A stretch of DNA of 36,472 nt from an uncultured Aminicenantes bacterium (GCA_965195285.1 CBDAFS010000060.1:1-36472); one strand, 5' to 3'; shown: positions 28,276 to 36,367, numbered from the stretch's first letter. The notes: generated from the sequence alone by a model not told the origin. Translations and numbers: made by a program.

Positions 28276-28332
28276 TTGAAATTTATTCTTTATTTTAATA
28301 AAATACATACTGAAATATATAAATAGTTAGGC
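28276..28332 (+). promoter_or_regulatory. Sigma70-like promoter fused to an attI-like site (copy 2)
   Basis: TTGAAA(28276-28281)-N17-TAAAAT(28299-28304), then AATA-GTTAGGC (GTTAGGC at 28326-28332). 47/56 identical to 907-962. Confidence 0.55.
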
Positions 28333-28447
28333 GAAAGGGATTATAATATGAAAGAGTAAAAAAATGGTCCTTGTGGAGTAGCAGATCGGGCTGGTTGTCA
28401 AGGCAACAGATGAATATTAATGTTGGGCATTTGAAAGAACAGAAGAT

Positions 28448-29110
28448 ATGATTAAGAAAATACCTGTTCAGAAATTAAGAAAGGTAGCATCCAAAAGTGT
28501 TAACCGCATTTCTAATCACGATAAAGATGAGATGGCGTTCCCATCATATCTTCACAGGAATTTCTTGATACGTTGGTTGATGTGGAGAAGGTATGAACAA
28601 ATCTCGTATCTAGCAGCCTTCACAGGTGATATGTCGGTTTTGGAGTTTGGGTGCGGATTAGGTGTTTTTCTTCCAGAATTGGATGAGAAATGCAGGAAAG
28701 TCTATGCTATTGACATTTTTCCTGAATATGCGAAACTGGTAACCAAAGAACTTAATCTGAATACTCATTTCATTGACAATCTTTCAGAAATCCCAAATAA
28801 TTCTTTAGATATTATTATTGCAGCCGATGTTCTTGAACATATCAAAGATAGAGAACTACTTGGATATTTGGAAGTGTTTTCTGAAAAGCTAAAAAAGAGT
28901 GGCCGGTTAATAGTGTCTGGTCCAACCGAGAATATTGCTTACCAGATTGGACGATTAATTGCAGGGTTTGCTGATAAAGGTGACTACCACAATACCAATA
29001 TCAATAAACTAATCAGTGTGATTTGCAGATATTTTGATTTAGAAAGAACAAAATATCTGCCTTTTAAATGGCCACCTTTTCTGTTTAAGGTATGTGAATT
29101 CGTAAAATGA
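28448..29110 (+). CDS. Class I SAM-dependent methyltransferase
   Basis: VLEFGCGLG, AID, DIIIAADVLEHI, LKKSGRLIVSGP. Confidence 0.9.
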   Translation: MIKKIPVQKLRKVASKSVNRISNHDKDEMAFPSYLHRNFLIRWLMWRRYEQISYLAAFTGDMSVLEFGCGLGVFLPELDEKCRKVYAIDIFPEYAKLVTKELNLNTHFIDNLSEIPNNSLDIIIAADVLEHIKDRELLGYLEVFSEKLKKSGRLIVSGPTENIAYQIGRLIAGFADKGDYHNTNINKLISVICRYFDLERTKYLPFKWPPFLFKVCEFVK

Positions 29111-29249
29111 CCGACAAAACCTGACCCCTTATGACAGATGGCAAAAGCAAACATTTTTGATTTTGCATTGTATTTCCACTTGATTTAAGATACTGATAAA
29201 TTTATTATTTAATAAATCTATGTTAATTCATTAAATAGGAGTAGAATTC

Positions 29250-30548
29250 GTGGATGATTTATTCAAAGAATATTATGAAACAACCTCAAGGATTTTAAAT
29301 CCTCATGGAGGGAGATCAGCAAAGCTTTGCCTAACCCCATTTTATTATGACCAGGAATTTTGGGATAAAATGGATAGAATCACCAGGGCTTATGCCGATC
29401 TGTTGGAGTTTGTATTTCAAAACTTTTCGGTTAATGAGCGAATACAAAACGTACTGGATTACCCCGATGACCTGGAAAAATATATCCGTTCCTTGAACAT
29501 TTATTCAAAGAATATGGCTGCCGCCAGGATAGATATTTTTCTTACGAAAGACGGAATCAGGATGGTGGAATCTAATTGTGAGATTCCCGGCGGGAGTGAA
29601 GAGAGTTTTTTTCTTGAAACGGAATATCTCAATATTATTCAACCGGAAAATGTCGAACAAATTCCCAGGTTGGAAATTGTATACAACACACTAATGCATC
29701 ATTATAAAATCCAAGCCCAGGCAAAAGACCTTCCCTTGAAGGATAAAATGAATATTTATCTTATCCAATGGCAGAATGAAATAGACAGAATTCAGGGTGA
29801 GTACGCTATTTTAATTGATTATATCAAGGCGAAAGGTCATCATTGCGGAGTGATTGATCCCAACACCCTTTTAATAGAAGAAAACAAGGTGAAAACTCCG
29901 GATGGACAGGTAATTGATTTAATTTATAGGCGTTTTACAGGTGACGAACTGCCCAAATATGCTGATAAGAGCTGGCAAATGGCTATCGATCTTAATAATG
30001 CCGATGTGGCAATTACCAATCCGTTTTGCACCAAGCGCGTCGATTCAAAAAATATTATGGTTTTGTTTAAAGATGAACGGTATGATGATGTTTTTCCGGA
30101 AGAACTAAAAGAAGACCTGAAAATCGTGCGTGAGATTATTCCATGGACTAAAAAAATTGAAGAAAAAATTCTTATAGGCGGAAAGAAAGTTGATGCAAAA
30201 GATTATCTCCTTGGCAATAGAGAAAGATTGGTAATAAAACACGCCAATGCCTATTCCAGTGTAGCTGTTTTTCTTGGTGATGATTGTGATGAAAAAAAAT
30301 GGAACGGTATAGTAGAGGAGGCTTTAAAGGGAGACTGGATCGTGCAGGAAATTATTGACTTGCCCGAAAGGGAGATTGAATATTGGGAAAACAACAAAAT
30401 AAACAAAGCCAAGTGTATCTATAATGTTAATCCTTATATGTACGATGGAAAACTGGGCGGATTTTATGTAAGGGCTTCCACGGACAGGTTAACTTCCTTT
30501 AAAGTTGGTGAGATTGCTACTGTTATGCCCTGTTTTAAGAAGAAGTGA
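29250..30548 (+). CDS. Circularly permuted ATP-grasp ligase (glutathionylspermidine-synthase-like / CP_ATPgrasp)
   Basis: ARIDIF, MVESNCEIPGG, DLIYRRF, NPF, IPWT, LVIKHAN, WIVQE. GTG start after AGGAG. Confidence 0.8.
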   Translation: MDDLFKEYYETTSRILNPHGGRSAKLCLTPFYYDQEFWDKMDRITRAYADLLEFVFQNFSVNERIQNVLDYPDDLEKYIRSLNIYSKNMAAARIDIFLTKDGIRMVESNCEIPGGSEESFFLETEYLNIIQPENVEQIPRLEIVYNTLMHHYKIQAQAKDLPLKDKMNIYLIQWQNEIDRIQGEYAILIDYIKAKGHHCGVIDPNTLLIEENKVKTPDGQVIDLIYRRFTGDELPKYADKSWQMAIDLNNADVAITNPFCTKRVDSKNIMVLFKDERYDDVFPEELKEDLKIVREIIPWTKKIEEKILIGGKKVDAKDYLLGNRERLVIKHANAYSSVAVFLGDDCDEKKWNGIVEEALKGDWIVQEIIDLPEREIEYWENNKINKAKCIYNVNPYMYDGKLGGFYVRASTDRLTSFKVGEIATVMPCFKKK

Positions 30549-30580
30549 CTTAATGAAGTTATAAAAAGAGGATAAAAACC

Positions 30581-31396
30581 ATGAAAGCTCCGATTTTAGT
30601 CTCTATCCCTCACGGCGGCTGGAAAGTAGCTGACGAAATAAAAGATATTTGGGCTTTAAGCAAAAAGGACGCCTTTCATGACGGCGATCCTTTTACAAGT
30701 AGAATATTCGATTTTTCTGACAGGATAGAATTTCAGATTGTGATGGAATATTACAGGGCTGTGATTGATTTAAATCGCCGGCCTGATGACATTGCCCCCA
30801 AAAATCCTGACGGCGTTATCAAATCGCATACATGTTGGAATGTCCCGGTTTATAAACAGGAATCTCTACCGGATGAAACGCTCAAAAAAATTCTTTTGGA
30901 AAAATATTATTTTCCCTACCATAAGCAAATGGAAGAGCAGATAAAAAATCCTGATATTAAATTTGCTGTTGACTGCCATAGTATGGCAGCTAAATCACCT
31001 CCTATTGAAGCTGACGCCGGAGCCGTCAGGCCGTTGATTTGCCTCGGGAACCTCGGTGATGAGAACGGTGAAATAGAACCTGTTTTTAACAGAGTGACCT
31101 GCGATCCGGAGTTAATCAGGTTTATGGCTGATGAATGTAGAATTGTGTTTCAACATGAAGACCTGGAGGTTGACCCTCCGGCCCTTGCAACGATGAATGT
31201 GCCGTTTAACGGTGGAAACATAACCAGGCGTTATGGTGGACGAGGTGTGCCCTTTGTTCAAATTGAAATGAGCAGGGCTCTGTATTTAACCAGAAATTAT
31301 TTTGATGAAACCAACCTTGAAATAAAAGAATCCAGAATCAAGGATTTGAATGAAAAAGTATGGAAGGTGCTATCTAATACGGCAGGAAATTTGTGA
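30581..31396 (+). CDS. N-formylglutamate amidohydrolase family protein
   Basis: SIPHGG, RAVIDLNR, YYFPYH, DCHSM, N.PF.GG.I, QIEMSR.LY. Confidence 0.9.
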   Translation: MKAPILVSIPHGGWKVADEIKDIWALSKKDAFHDGDPFTSRIFDFSDRIEFQIVMEYYRAVIDLNRRPDDIAPKNPDGVIKSHTCWNVPVYKQESLPDETLKKILLEKYYFPYHKQMEEQIKNPDIKFAVDCHSMAAKSPPIEADAGAVRPLICLGNLGDENGEIEPVFNRVTCDPELIRFMADECRIVFQHEDLEVDPPALATMNVPFNGGNITRRYGGRGVPFVQIEMSRALYLTRNYFDETNLEIKESRIKDLNEKVWKVLSNTAGNL

Positions 31397-31401
31397 TATT
31401 A

Positions 31402-31500
31402 AATGGTGCATCATTCCCTGTGAGAAAGAGAGGTTGCAGTTTGTGCGCTATGAGAGAAACATGCCCCGGGAGTGCAGCAAAAAGCAAACAAATTACCTAA
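31402..31500 (+). pseudogene. C-terminal remnant of a cassette gene with a CxxCxxxxxC motif (RecB/Cas4-like nuclease tail)
   Basis: Reads NGASFPVRKRGCSLCAMRETCPGSAAKSKQIT* with its stop inside the attC R'' box; no start codon or N-terminal part. Confidence 0.35.
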
Positions 31501-31566
31501 CAAGGTGCTGCACCTGACATTTTTCCGCTGCGCTCCATAGCGGCAGGTGAGCTTGGTCAGTTAAAG
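31495..31566 (+). mobile_element. Integron attC site (72 bp)
   Basis: ACCTAAC...GCACCTGAC...GGCAGGTGAGC...GTTAAAG; closely related to the attC at 33219. Confidence 0.85.
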
Positions 31567-31618
31567 GAAATCAAAAATGAAACTTTTTTATGGTCATGGA
31601 TGACCTTGATGACAATAT

Positions 31619-31810
31619 TTATGATTTGACTAATTGTTGAATCAACTCTACCAATCGATTTGAGGCTTTTTCAGGTTTTAGTTCTTCGATCATTTTCCCA
31701 TTTTTAAAAATATAGCCGCGCTTTTTTGAGAATGCGAGACCTATATCGGCATCCATGGCCTCTCCGGGCCCGTTCACCTCACATCCCATGATGGCAATTT
31801 TTATTTTTAT
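31619..31810 (-). pseudogene. ispG: Orphan 3' fragment of ispG (HMBPP synthase, GcpE)
   Basis: Minus strand reads IKIKIAIMGCEVNGPGEAMDADIGLAFSKKRGYIFKNGK...LVELIQQLVKS*, containing the IspG signature MGCxVNGPGE. An in-frame stop lies just upstream (31832-31834). Confidence 0.88.
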
Positions 31811-32015
31811 AGAATTTCCCTTATATTTTTCTCTAGAAAAAATAAAATTTATAAATTAAAAATTTGCAATATTTTTTTTTAAATATATATTATTTTTAGG
31901 TGAGGGAATATTTTTTCCCGTTGGAGATGGACAATCCAGGGAGTTATTGCAAAATCCGACATTTTCGGCAACGGCGGTAGCCTATTTGAACAGGAAATTA
32001 AGGTTTTATACTTTT

Positions 32016-32371
32016 TCAGAGTTTATCAAGAGGGCTGATTACATCCGAATATTTTTTTCTGATAACATGAGTATAAATCATCGTGGTATTCACATTTTTA
32101 TGACCAAGCAATTCCTGAATGGTTCTGATATTATACCCTGCCTCAAGTAAATGGGTGGCAAAACTATGTCTAAGGGTATGGCAACTGCCTTCCTTTTTCT
32201 GATTAAATGTAAATATGTTTTAATATTATCATCTAATTTCTCTGTATAATGTCTCTGGCAATAGTAGATAAATTTCTTTACCCAGTATTTGTAGAACTGC
32301 GTTTTATTTTTAGGAACAAATCCTGTTTTTTCCAGAAAGTTTTTAAAATCGTATAATTTTGAGATATTCAT
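32016..32371 (-). pseudogene. intI: Integron integrase, internally deleted
   Basis: N-terminal SAM-like segment (F..FL....VPK....FY.YWVKKF) is fused out of frame near 32190 to [43 protein letters not shown]...VISPLDKL*. It is divergent from attI and the cassette array. Confidence 0.92.
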
Positions 32372-32499
32372 TTTTTATGTTAATAAATAACGTTAATGTT
32401 ATGATGCACGCAGTATAATAGTATATTTAAATACAAATTATTGCATTACTTGCAATTTATTTCAATATTTTAATTGGTTTCTCCAAAAAATATCTTTAT

Positions 32500-32539
32500 A
32501 ATAAAAAAAAAATTGCATACAGTAGAGTAATAGTTAGGT
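32500..32539 (+). mobile_element. attI site (crossover G|TT at 32533/32534)
   Basis: GTTAGGT (32533-32539) lies just before the first cassette ORF and is the exact complement of that cassette's R'' ACCTAAC. It is about 160 bp from the intI start; candidate Pc TTGGTT-N17-TATAAT at 32474-32502. Confidence 0.8.
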
Positions 32540-32548
32540 TTAATAAAT

Positions 32549-33205
32549 ATGGATATTGAAACATATATAAAAAGTAACTACGCAAATGCATGCAAAATAC
32601 AGCGAAGTATCACCAAAGATGAAAAAATAAAATCTATGTTGCAAAAAGGTGATGAAGATAAAAAACTGGTCATATCGTGGATGAGAGATTATGGTTTATT
32701 TCAAGGCATTACCACCATATACAGAGAAGAAGTTGCACAGAATTTTCTTTCATTTGCTAAAAATATTGACTCAACAATTGATATTACAAACAAAGACATG
32801 CTCAGAAGTATATATTCAAAACTATTCAAAGTGTTATTCAATACAGTTAATAGAAGCTGGATGTCCGCGACATCAAAATTATTATGGTGTATTTATCCAG
32901 ATAATATAGTCATTTATGATTCATTTGTTGAACGCGCGTTGGTCGTAATGCAGTGTTTCGACACAGAACTATCTAAATTCTCGAGAATTGGCGTTGCACC
33001 CAAAGTTACACGCGAATCAGACATTGCATTCGCAACAAATCATTATATAAATTATCAGGGAATGGTTAAGGCCATATACGAACGCAATATTAAAATCTTA
33101 AACGAACTACGAAATAAGAATAAAGAGACATATCCTCACGATATAAGAATAGTTGATAAGTTGCTTTGGATGATTGGTAACCCGAAGCATAAGTTTTTAA
33201 ACTGA
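32549..33205 (+). CDS. Cassette 1: hypothetical protein, possible HhH-type DNA glycosylase-like fold
   Basis: Motifs SATSKLLW..YP..IVIYDSFV..AL and IRIVDKLLW. Confidence 0.6.
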   Translation: MDIETYIKSNYANACKIQRSITKDEKIKSMLQKGDEDKKLVISWMRDYGLFQGITTIYREEVAQNFLSFAKNIDSTIDITNKDMLRSIYSKLFKVLFNTVNRSWMSATSKLLWCIYPDNIVIYDSFVERALVVMQCFDTELSKFSRIGVAPKVTRESDIAFATNHYINYQGMVKAIYERNIKILNELRNKNKETYPHDIRIVDKLLWMIGNPKHKFLN

Positions 33206-33218
33206 ATATTAAGAAAAG

Positions 33219-33296
33219 ACCTAACAACGCACTACACCTGACCTTTTCCCGCGCCGAAACGGCGCGCTCAAAGGCAGGTGAGTTTGAATGTTATAT
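33219..33296 (+). mobile_element. Integron attC site (78 bp)
   Basis: ACCTAAC...CACCTGACC...GCGCCG-AAA-CGGCGC...GGCAGGTGAG...GTTATAT. Confidence 0.92.
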
Positions 33297-33330
33297 GGAC
33301 CTTCCGGAAAAAAAATGATTATTTTAAAGG

Positions 33331-33990
33331 GTGAATAAAATGAAAGACATTGAGCTACTAGAAAATATTAGAAAAGAATATTTGAACGCAGGAGAAGCAA
33401 AAATTCCTGGCAAAAACATTATTCGTGGAACCAATCATACTATATCTTCTATTGCTGAAGATTTATTTGCAAAATACGTGTCAGATATTGTTGGAAGTAA
33501 ATATGAAGTGTGGATCGATCCTCAGATTACAATTCCAAACTTGAGAAATGAAACTGGAAAAAGAGCATTACTTTTCCGACCTGATGTTTGTATAGTGCAA
33601 AAGAAAAGCCTAAGAATAAATATGCTATTTGACCTTAAAATGGACTTGGGTTATAAAAGAAAAGAATTTCTTAATCAAGTTAAGCATAGAGTATCCAAAT
33701 TAAATGAAATAAAGAAAGAAAAAGCGAAATGTTCAATAAAACAGAATATGGAATTATCCTTTGCAAAGGAACTTATTTGGAATTATATAATTATATCATC
33801 AGGAAATATATCGGAAAAAGATATGGAGCCCATAGCTAATTATTTCAATAATACTAAAGAAGTAAATATATTCAAATTGTCAAACGGTAATCATTTGAAT
33901 GATAATAGTGATGATTTTGAAATACAGTTGTGCAAAGAAGATCTCAAAGAACTAAAAAGAGAAATAAGAGAGAATATTTCGACCATATAA
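33331..33990 (+). CDS. Cassette 2: PD-(D/E)XK nuclease-like protein
   Basis: AEDLFA helix, FRPDVCIV, LFDLKMD; stop codon inside the attC R'' box. Confidence 0.65.
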   Translation: MNKMKDIELLENIRKEYLNAGEAKIPGKNIIRGTNHTISSIAEDLFAKYVSDIVGSKYEVWIDPQITIPNLRNETGKRALLFRPDVCIVQKKSLRINMLFDLKMDLGYKRKEFLNQVKHRVSKLNEIKKEKAKCSIKQNMELSFAKELIWNYIIISSGNISEKDMEPIANYFNNTKEVNIFKLSNGNHLNDNSDDFEIQLCKEDLKELKREIRENISTI

Positions 33991-34107
33991 CAAAACGCTG
34001 GAGTAGATTTGGCTATGGCACGGTTTTTGAGTAAGATGTTCGGGACTAATCGTCCCTCACTCAAAAACCGTGCCATGTACGCCAAACTACTCAGCTTGGC
34101 GTTAGCA
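33985..34107 (+). mobile_element. Integron attC site (123 bp)
   Basis: ATATAAC (complement of the upstream GTTATAT) to GTTAGCA, with a perfect 18-bp stem 34015-34032 / 34059-34076. Confidence 0.92.
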
Positions 34108-34153
34108 CTGAAAAAAACTGGATAAATATTCATAAATTTTAAGAGGGTGTCGT

Positions 34154-34693
34154 ATGAGAATGTTTTTTGGCGAGATCTGGATCCCTTTCCTAATCGGGTT
34201 ATTGATAGTTGCAAGTCCACCTCTTTTACTAAAAGTTCGCTCGGATTATAAAACAAAAGCCGGACTATCAAAACCTGGAGTCGTATCTGCATACATACTT
34301 TTGGGCCTGTTTTGCATGACTATAATAAATGCAACCCTGTACTCGAGATGGGTGTTTGCACCAAACAATATACTTTACAAAATTATCGGATACATATTCA
34401 TCTTGACCGGAATTATAATTCTGACTGAAGCTCTTGTTGAGTTCGGATCATTTAAAAGAATATTCTTTCTCACAAATTCCGGTCTTAAGGCTGACAAAGT
34501 TATTTCTACTGGCGTTTACAGGTTTTCAAGAAACCCTCAATACATAGCCTATCATTTATTGCTTATAGGATACACACTGCTTTCCAGGTCGATTATCGGG
34601 CTTATTATTGTACCGGGGGAAGAAAAATACTTGGAAAAATCATTAGGTGACGAATACGTGCAATATAAAAAGCGAGTAAGAAGATGGCTTTAG
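34154..34693 (+). CDS. Cassette 3: isoprenylcysteine carboxyl methyltransferase / PEMT family membrane protein
   Basis: TGVYRFSRNPQY, EEKYL...G.EY..YKKRVRRW; TM helices. Confidence 0.85.
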   Translation: MRMFFGEIWIPFLIGLLIVASPPLLLKVRSDYKTKAGLSKPGVVSAYILLGLFCMTIINATLYSRWVFAPNNILYKIIGYIFILTGIIILTEALVEFGSFKRIFFLTNSGLKADKVISTGVYRFSRNPQYIAYHLLLIGYTLLSRSIIGLIIVPGEEKYLEKSLGDEYVQYKKRVRRWL

Positions 34694-34729
34694 TGCAAGA
34701 CCAATGTCGAATTTATCTAAACTCATATG

Positions 34730-34785
34730 CGCTAACAAGTTCAATCCAGCCGATCGCTACGCTCCGGCTGATTTCTATGTTAGGC
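34730..34785 (+). mobile_element. Integron attC site (56 bp)
   Basis: CGCTAAC...AATCCAGCCG...CGGCTGATT...GTTAGGC. Confidence 0.9.
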
Positions 34786-34800
34786 GTATAGGAATCACCA

Positions 34801-35757
34801 ATGCAAGAGATGACTCATAGATTAACGGAAGAATTAAGACGTCTCGCATTTGAAAATCATGATAAATGTGTTTCTTGCGGTTACGAGTTTAAAGAATCAG
34901 ATACGTCACACTTAGGTTATGATTCCAATGATAAGCCGTTATACGTCTGCGATTCGTGCTCCAAGCAATTAAAAGAAACTGCAATAAGACATTATTTCTC
35001 TCCACATCCCTACGAAGTTCCAAATCCAGATAGTCACTTGTGGAGGTATATGGATTTCACTAAGTACGTGAGCATGCTCTCTACATCAGGGGTGTACTTT
35101 CCGCGAGCTGATACTTTTGAAGATCATTATGAAGGCGCAAAAGGTGTAAAAAGCAATAAAGATAAATGGGACGACCATTATCGTACCTTTTTTAAGGAGG
35201 CTATGAAAAACCCTCCAGAAGGTGTCGAATGGAATCAATCTGATGAACATGTTGAAAAAGATGCTGAACGTTTATTAAAAGAGCTTAATGCCGGTGGCGA
35301 GGCAATCAAAAAAAGAGTGTTTATAAGCTGCTGGCATGAAAACGAACACGAGTCAGAAGCAATGTGGAGACTTTATTCAAGCTATCTAGCTAACGCCGTA
35401 GCTATTAGAACGACATACAACTCACTATATGAATCTTTAGGGGAAAACCCATCAATAGCCATAGGAAGAGTAAAGTACATTGATTTCAATAAGAGCTTTG
35501 CTGGAGTGAATGACTCATTTTGGAGAAAGCGGAAGTCCTTTGAACACGAAAGAGAGGTTCGAGCTTTAATTCATGATCATGAATGTAGTGATAAAGGAAA
35601 GATTATAAAATGTGACCTAAATACTCTAATTGAAGAGGTCTTTTTGTCTCCTAGTTCTCCTGTATGGTTTCTTGATCTAATTAATGATGTTAATAAAAAA
35701 TTCGGAATAAATGTGCAAGTTAGTCAGTCGCGCTTAAATGATGAGCCATTCTATTAA
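34801..35757 (+). CDS. Cassette 4: DUF2971-like protein with an N-terminal zinc ribbon
   Basis: CVSC...CDSC; LWRYMDF.K, F.D.YEG, ISCWH...ESEAMW.LY, KR..FEHEREVR. Confidence 0.8.
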   Translation: MQEMTHRLTEELRRLAFENHDKCVSCGYEFKESDTSHLGYDSNDKPLYVCDSCSKQLKETAIRHYFSPHPYEVPNPDSHLWRYMDFTKYVSMLSTSGVYFPRADTFEDHYEGAKGVKSNKDKWDDHYRTFFKEAMKNPPEGVEWNQSDEHVEKDAERLLKELNAGGEAIKKRVFISCWHENEHESEAMWRLYSSYLANAVAIRTTYNSLYESLGENPSIAIGRVKYIDFNKSFAGVNDSFWRKRKSFEHEREVRALIHDHECSDKGKIIKCDLNTLIEEVFLSPSSPVWFLDLINDVNKKFGINVQVSQSRLNDEPFY

Positions 35758-35763
35758 TAAAAC

Positions 35764-35823
35764 GCCTAACAAGGCACTCCAGTCGACGCCAAAAAGCGGC
35801 GCGACTGAGCTTAATCGTTAGCT
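35764..35823 (+). mobile_element. Integron attC site (60 bp)
   Basis: GCCTAAC...CTCCAGTCGACGCC...GGCGCGACTGAG...GTTAGCT. ACGCCTAAC complements the upstream GTTAGGCGT. Confidence 0.93.
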
Positions 35824-35866
35824 ATACAAAATTAAAATTACAATACCCCAAGAACTGGAGATAAAA

Positions 35867-36367
35867 ATGATCATAAGAAAAGAAACAATTGCTGATATTG
35901 ATGCCATAACTGAAGTTACAATTGCCGCCTTTAAGAATCTTGCAGTCAGCAATCAAACTGAGCAATATATAATAAACGCATTACGTGATGCAGATGCGCT
36001 AATCCTCTCTCTTGTGGCAGAAATTGATGGGCTTATTGTCGGGCATATTGCTTTTTCACCAGTAATCATTTCTGACGGTTCAGCAGACTGGTACGGTCTC
36101 GGCCCGGTTTCTGTGTTGCCGGAGTATCAGAAGCAAGGCATTGGAAAATCGCTTGTCAACGAAGGTTTGTCCTTGCTGAAACAATTGGGTGGCCAAGGTT
36201 GCGCTCTAGTTGGTGATCCGAACTATTATAAACGGTTCGGTTTCAAGAATTTTCCAGAACTAATTTCTGAAGGAATTCCACAAGAAGTTTTTGTGGTCTT
36301 ACCGTTCAACGAAAAGGTCCCGAAAGGTACTATTGAGTTTCATAAAAGTTTCTTGGCAACAGGCTAA
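35867..36367 (+). CDS. Cassette 5: GNAT N-acetyltransferase (YhbS-like)
   Basis: SLVAE..G.IVGHIAFSPV, LGPVSVLPEYQKQGIG, LVGDP.YY.RFGF. Confidence 0.93.
   Translation: MIIRKETIADIDAITEVTIAAFKNLAVSNQTEQYIINALRDADALILSLVAEIDGLIVGHIAFSPVIISDGSADWYGLGPVSVLPEYQKQGIGKSLVNEGLSLLKQLGGQGCALVGDPNYYKRFGFKNFPELISEGIPQEVFVVLPFNEKVPKGTIEFHKSFLATG

Noticed and set aside
31947-32150. 67-aa plus-strand ORF
   Set aside because: Mostly the antisense of the intI C-terminal fragment.
34015-34076. Perfect 18-bp hairpin as a terminator or MITE
   Set aside because: It is the central stem of the 123-bp attC; there is no U-tract or target-site duplication.
33891-34292. 133-aa minus-strand ORF
   Set aside because: Spans an attC and parts of two + strand cassette genes; shadow ORF.
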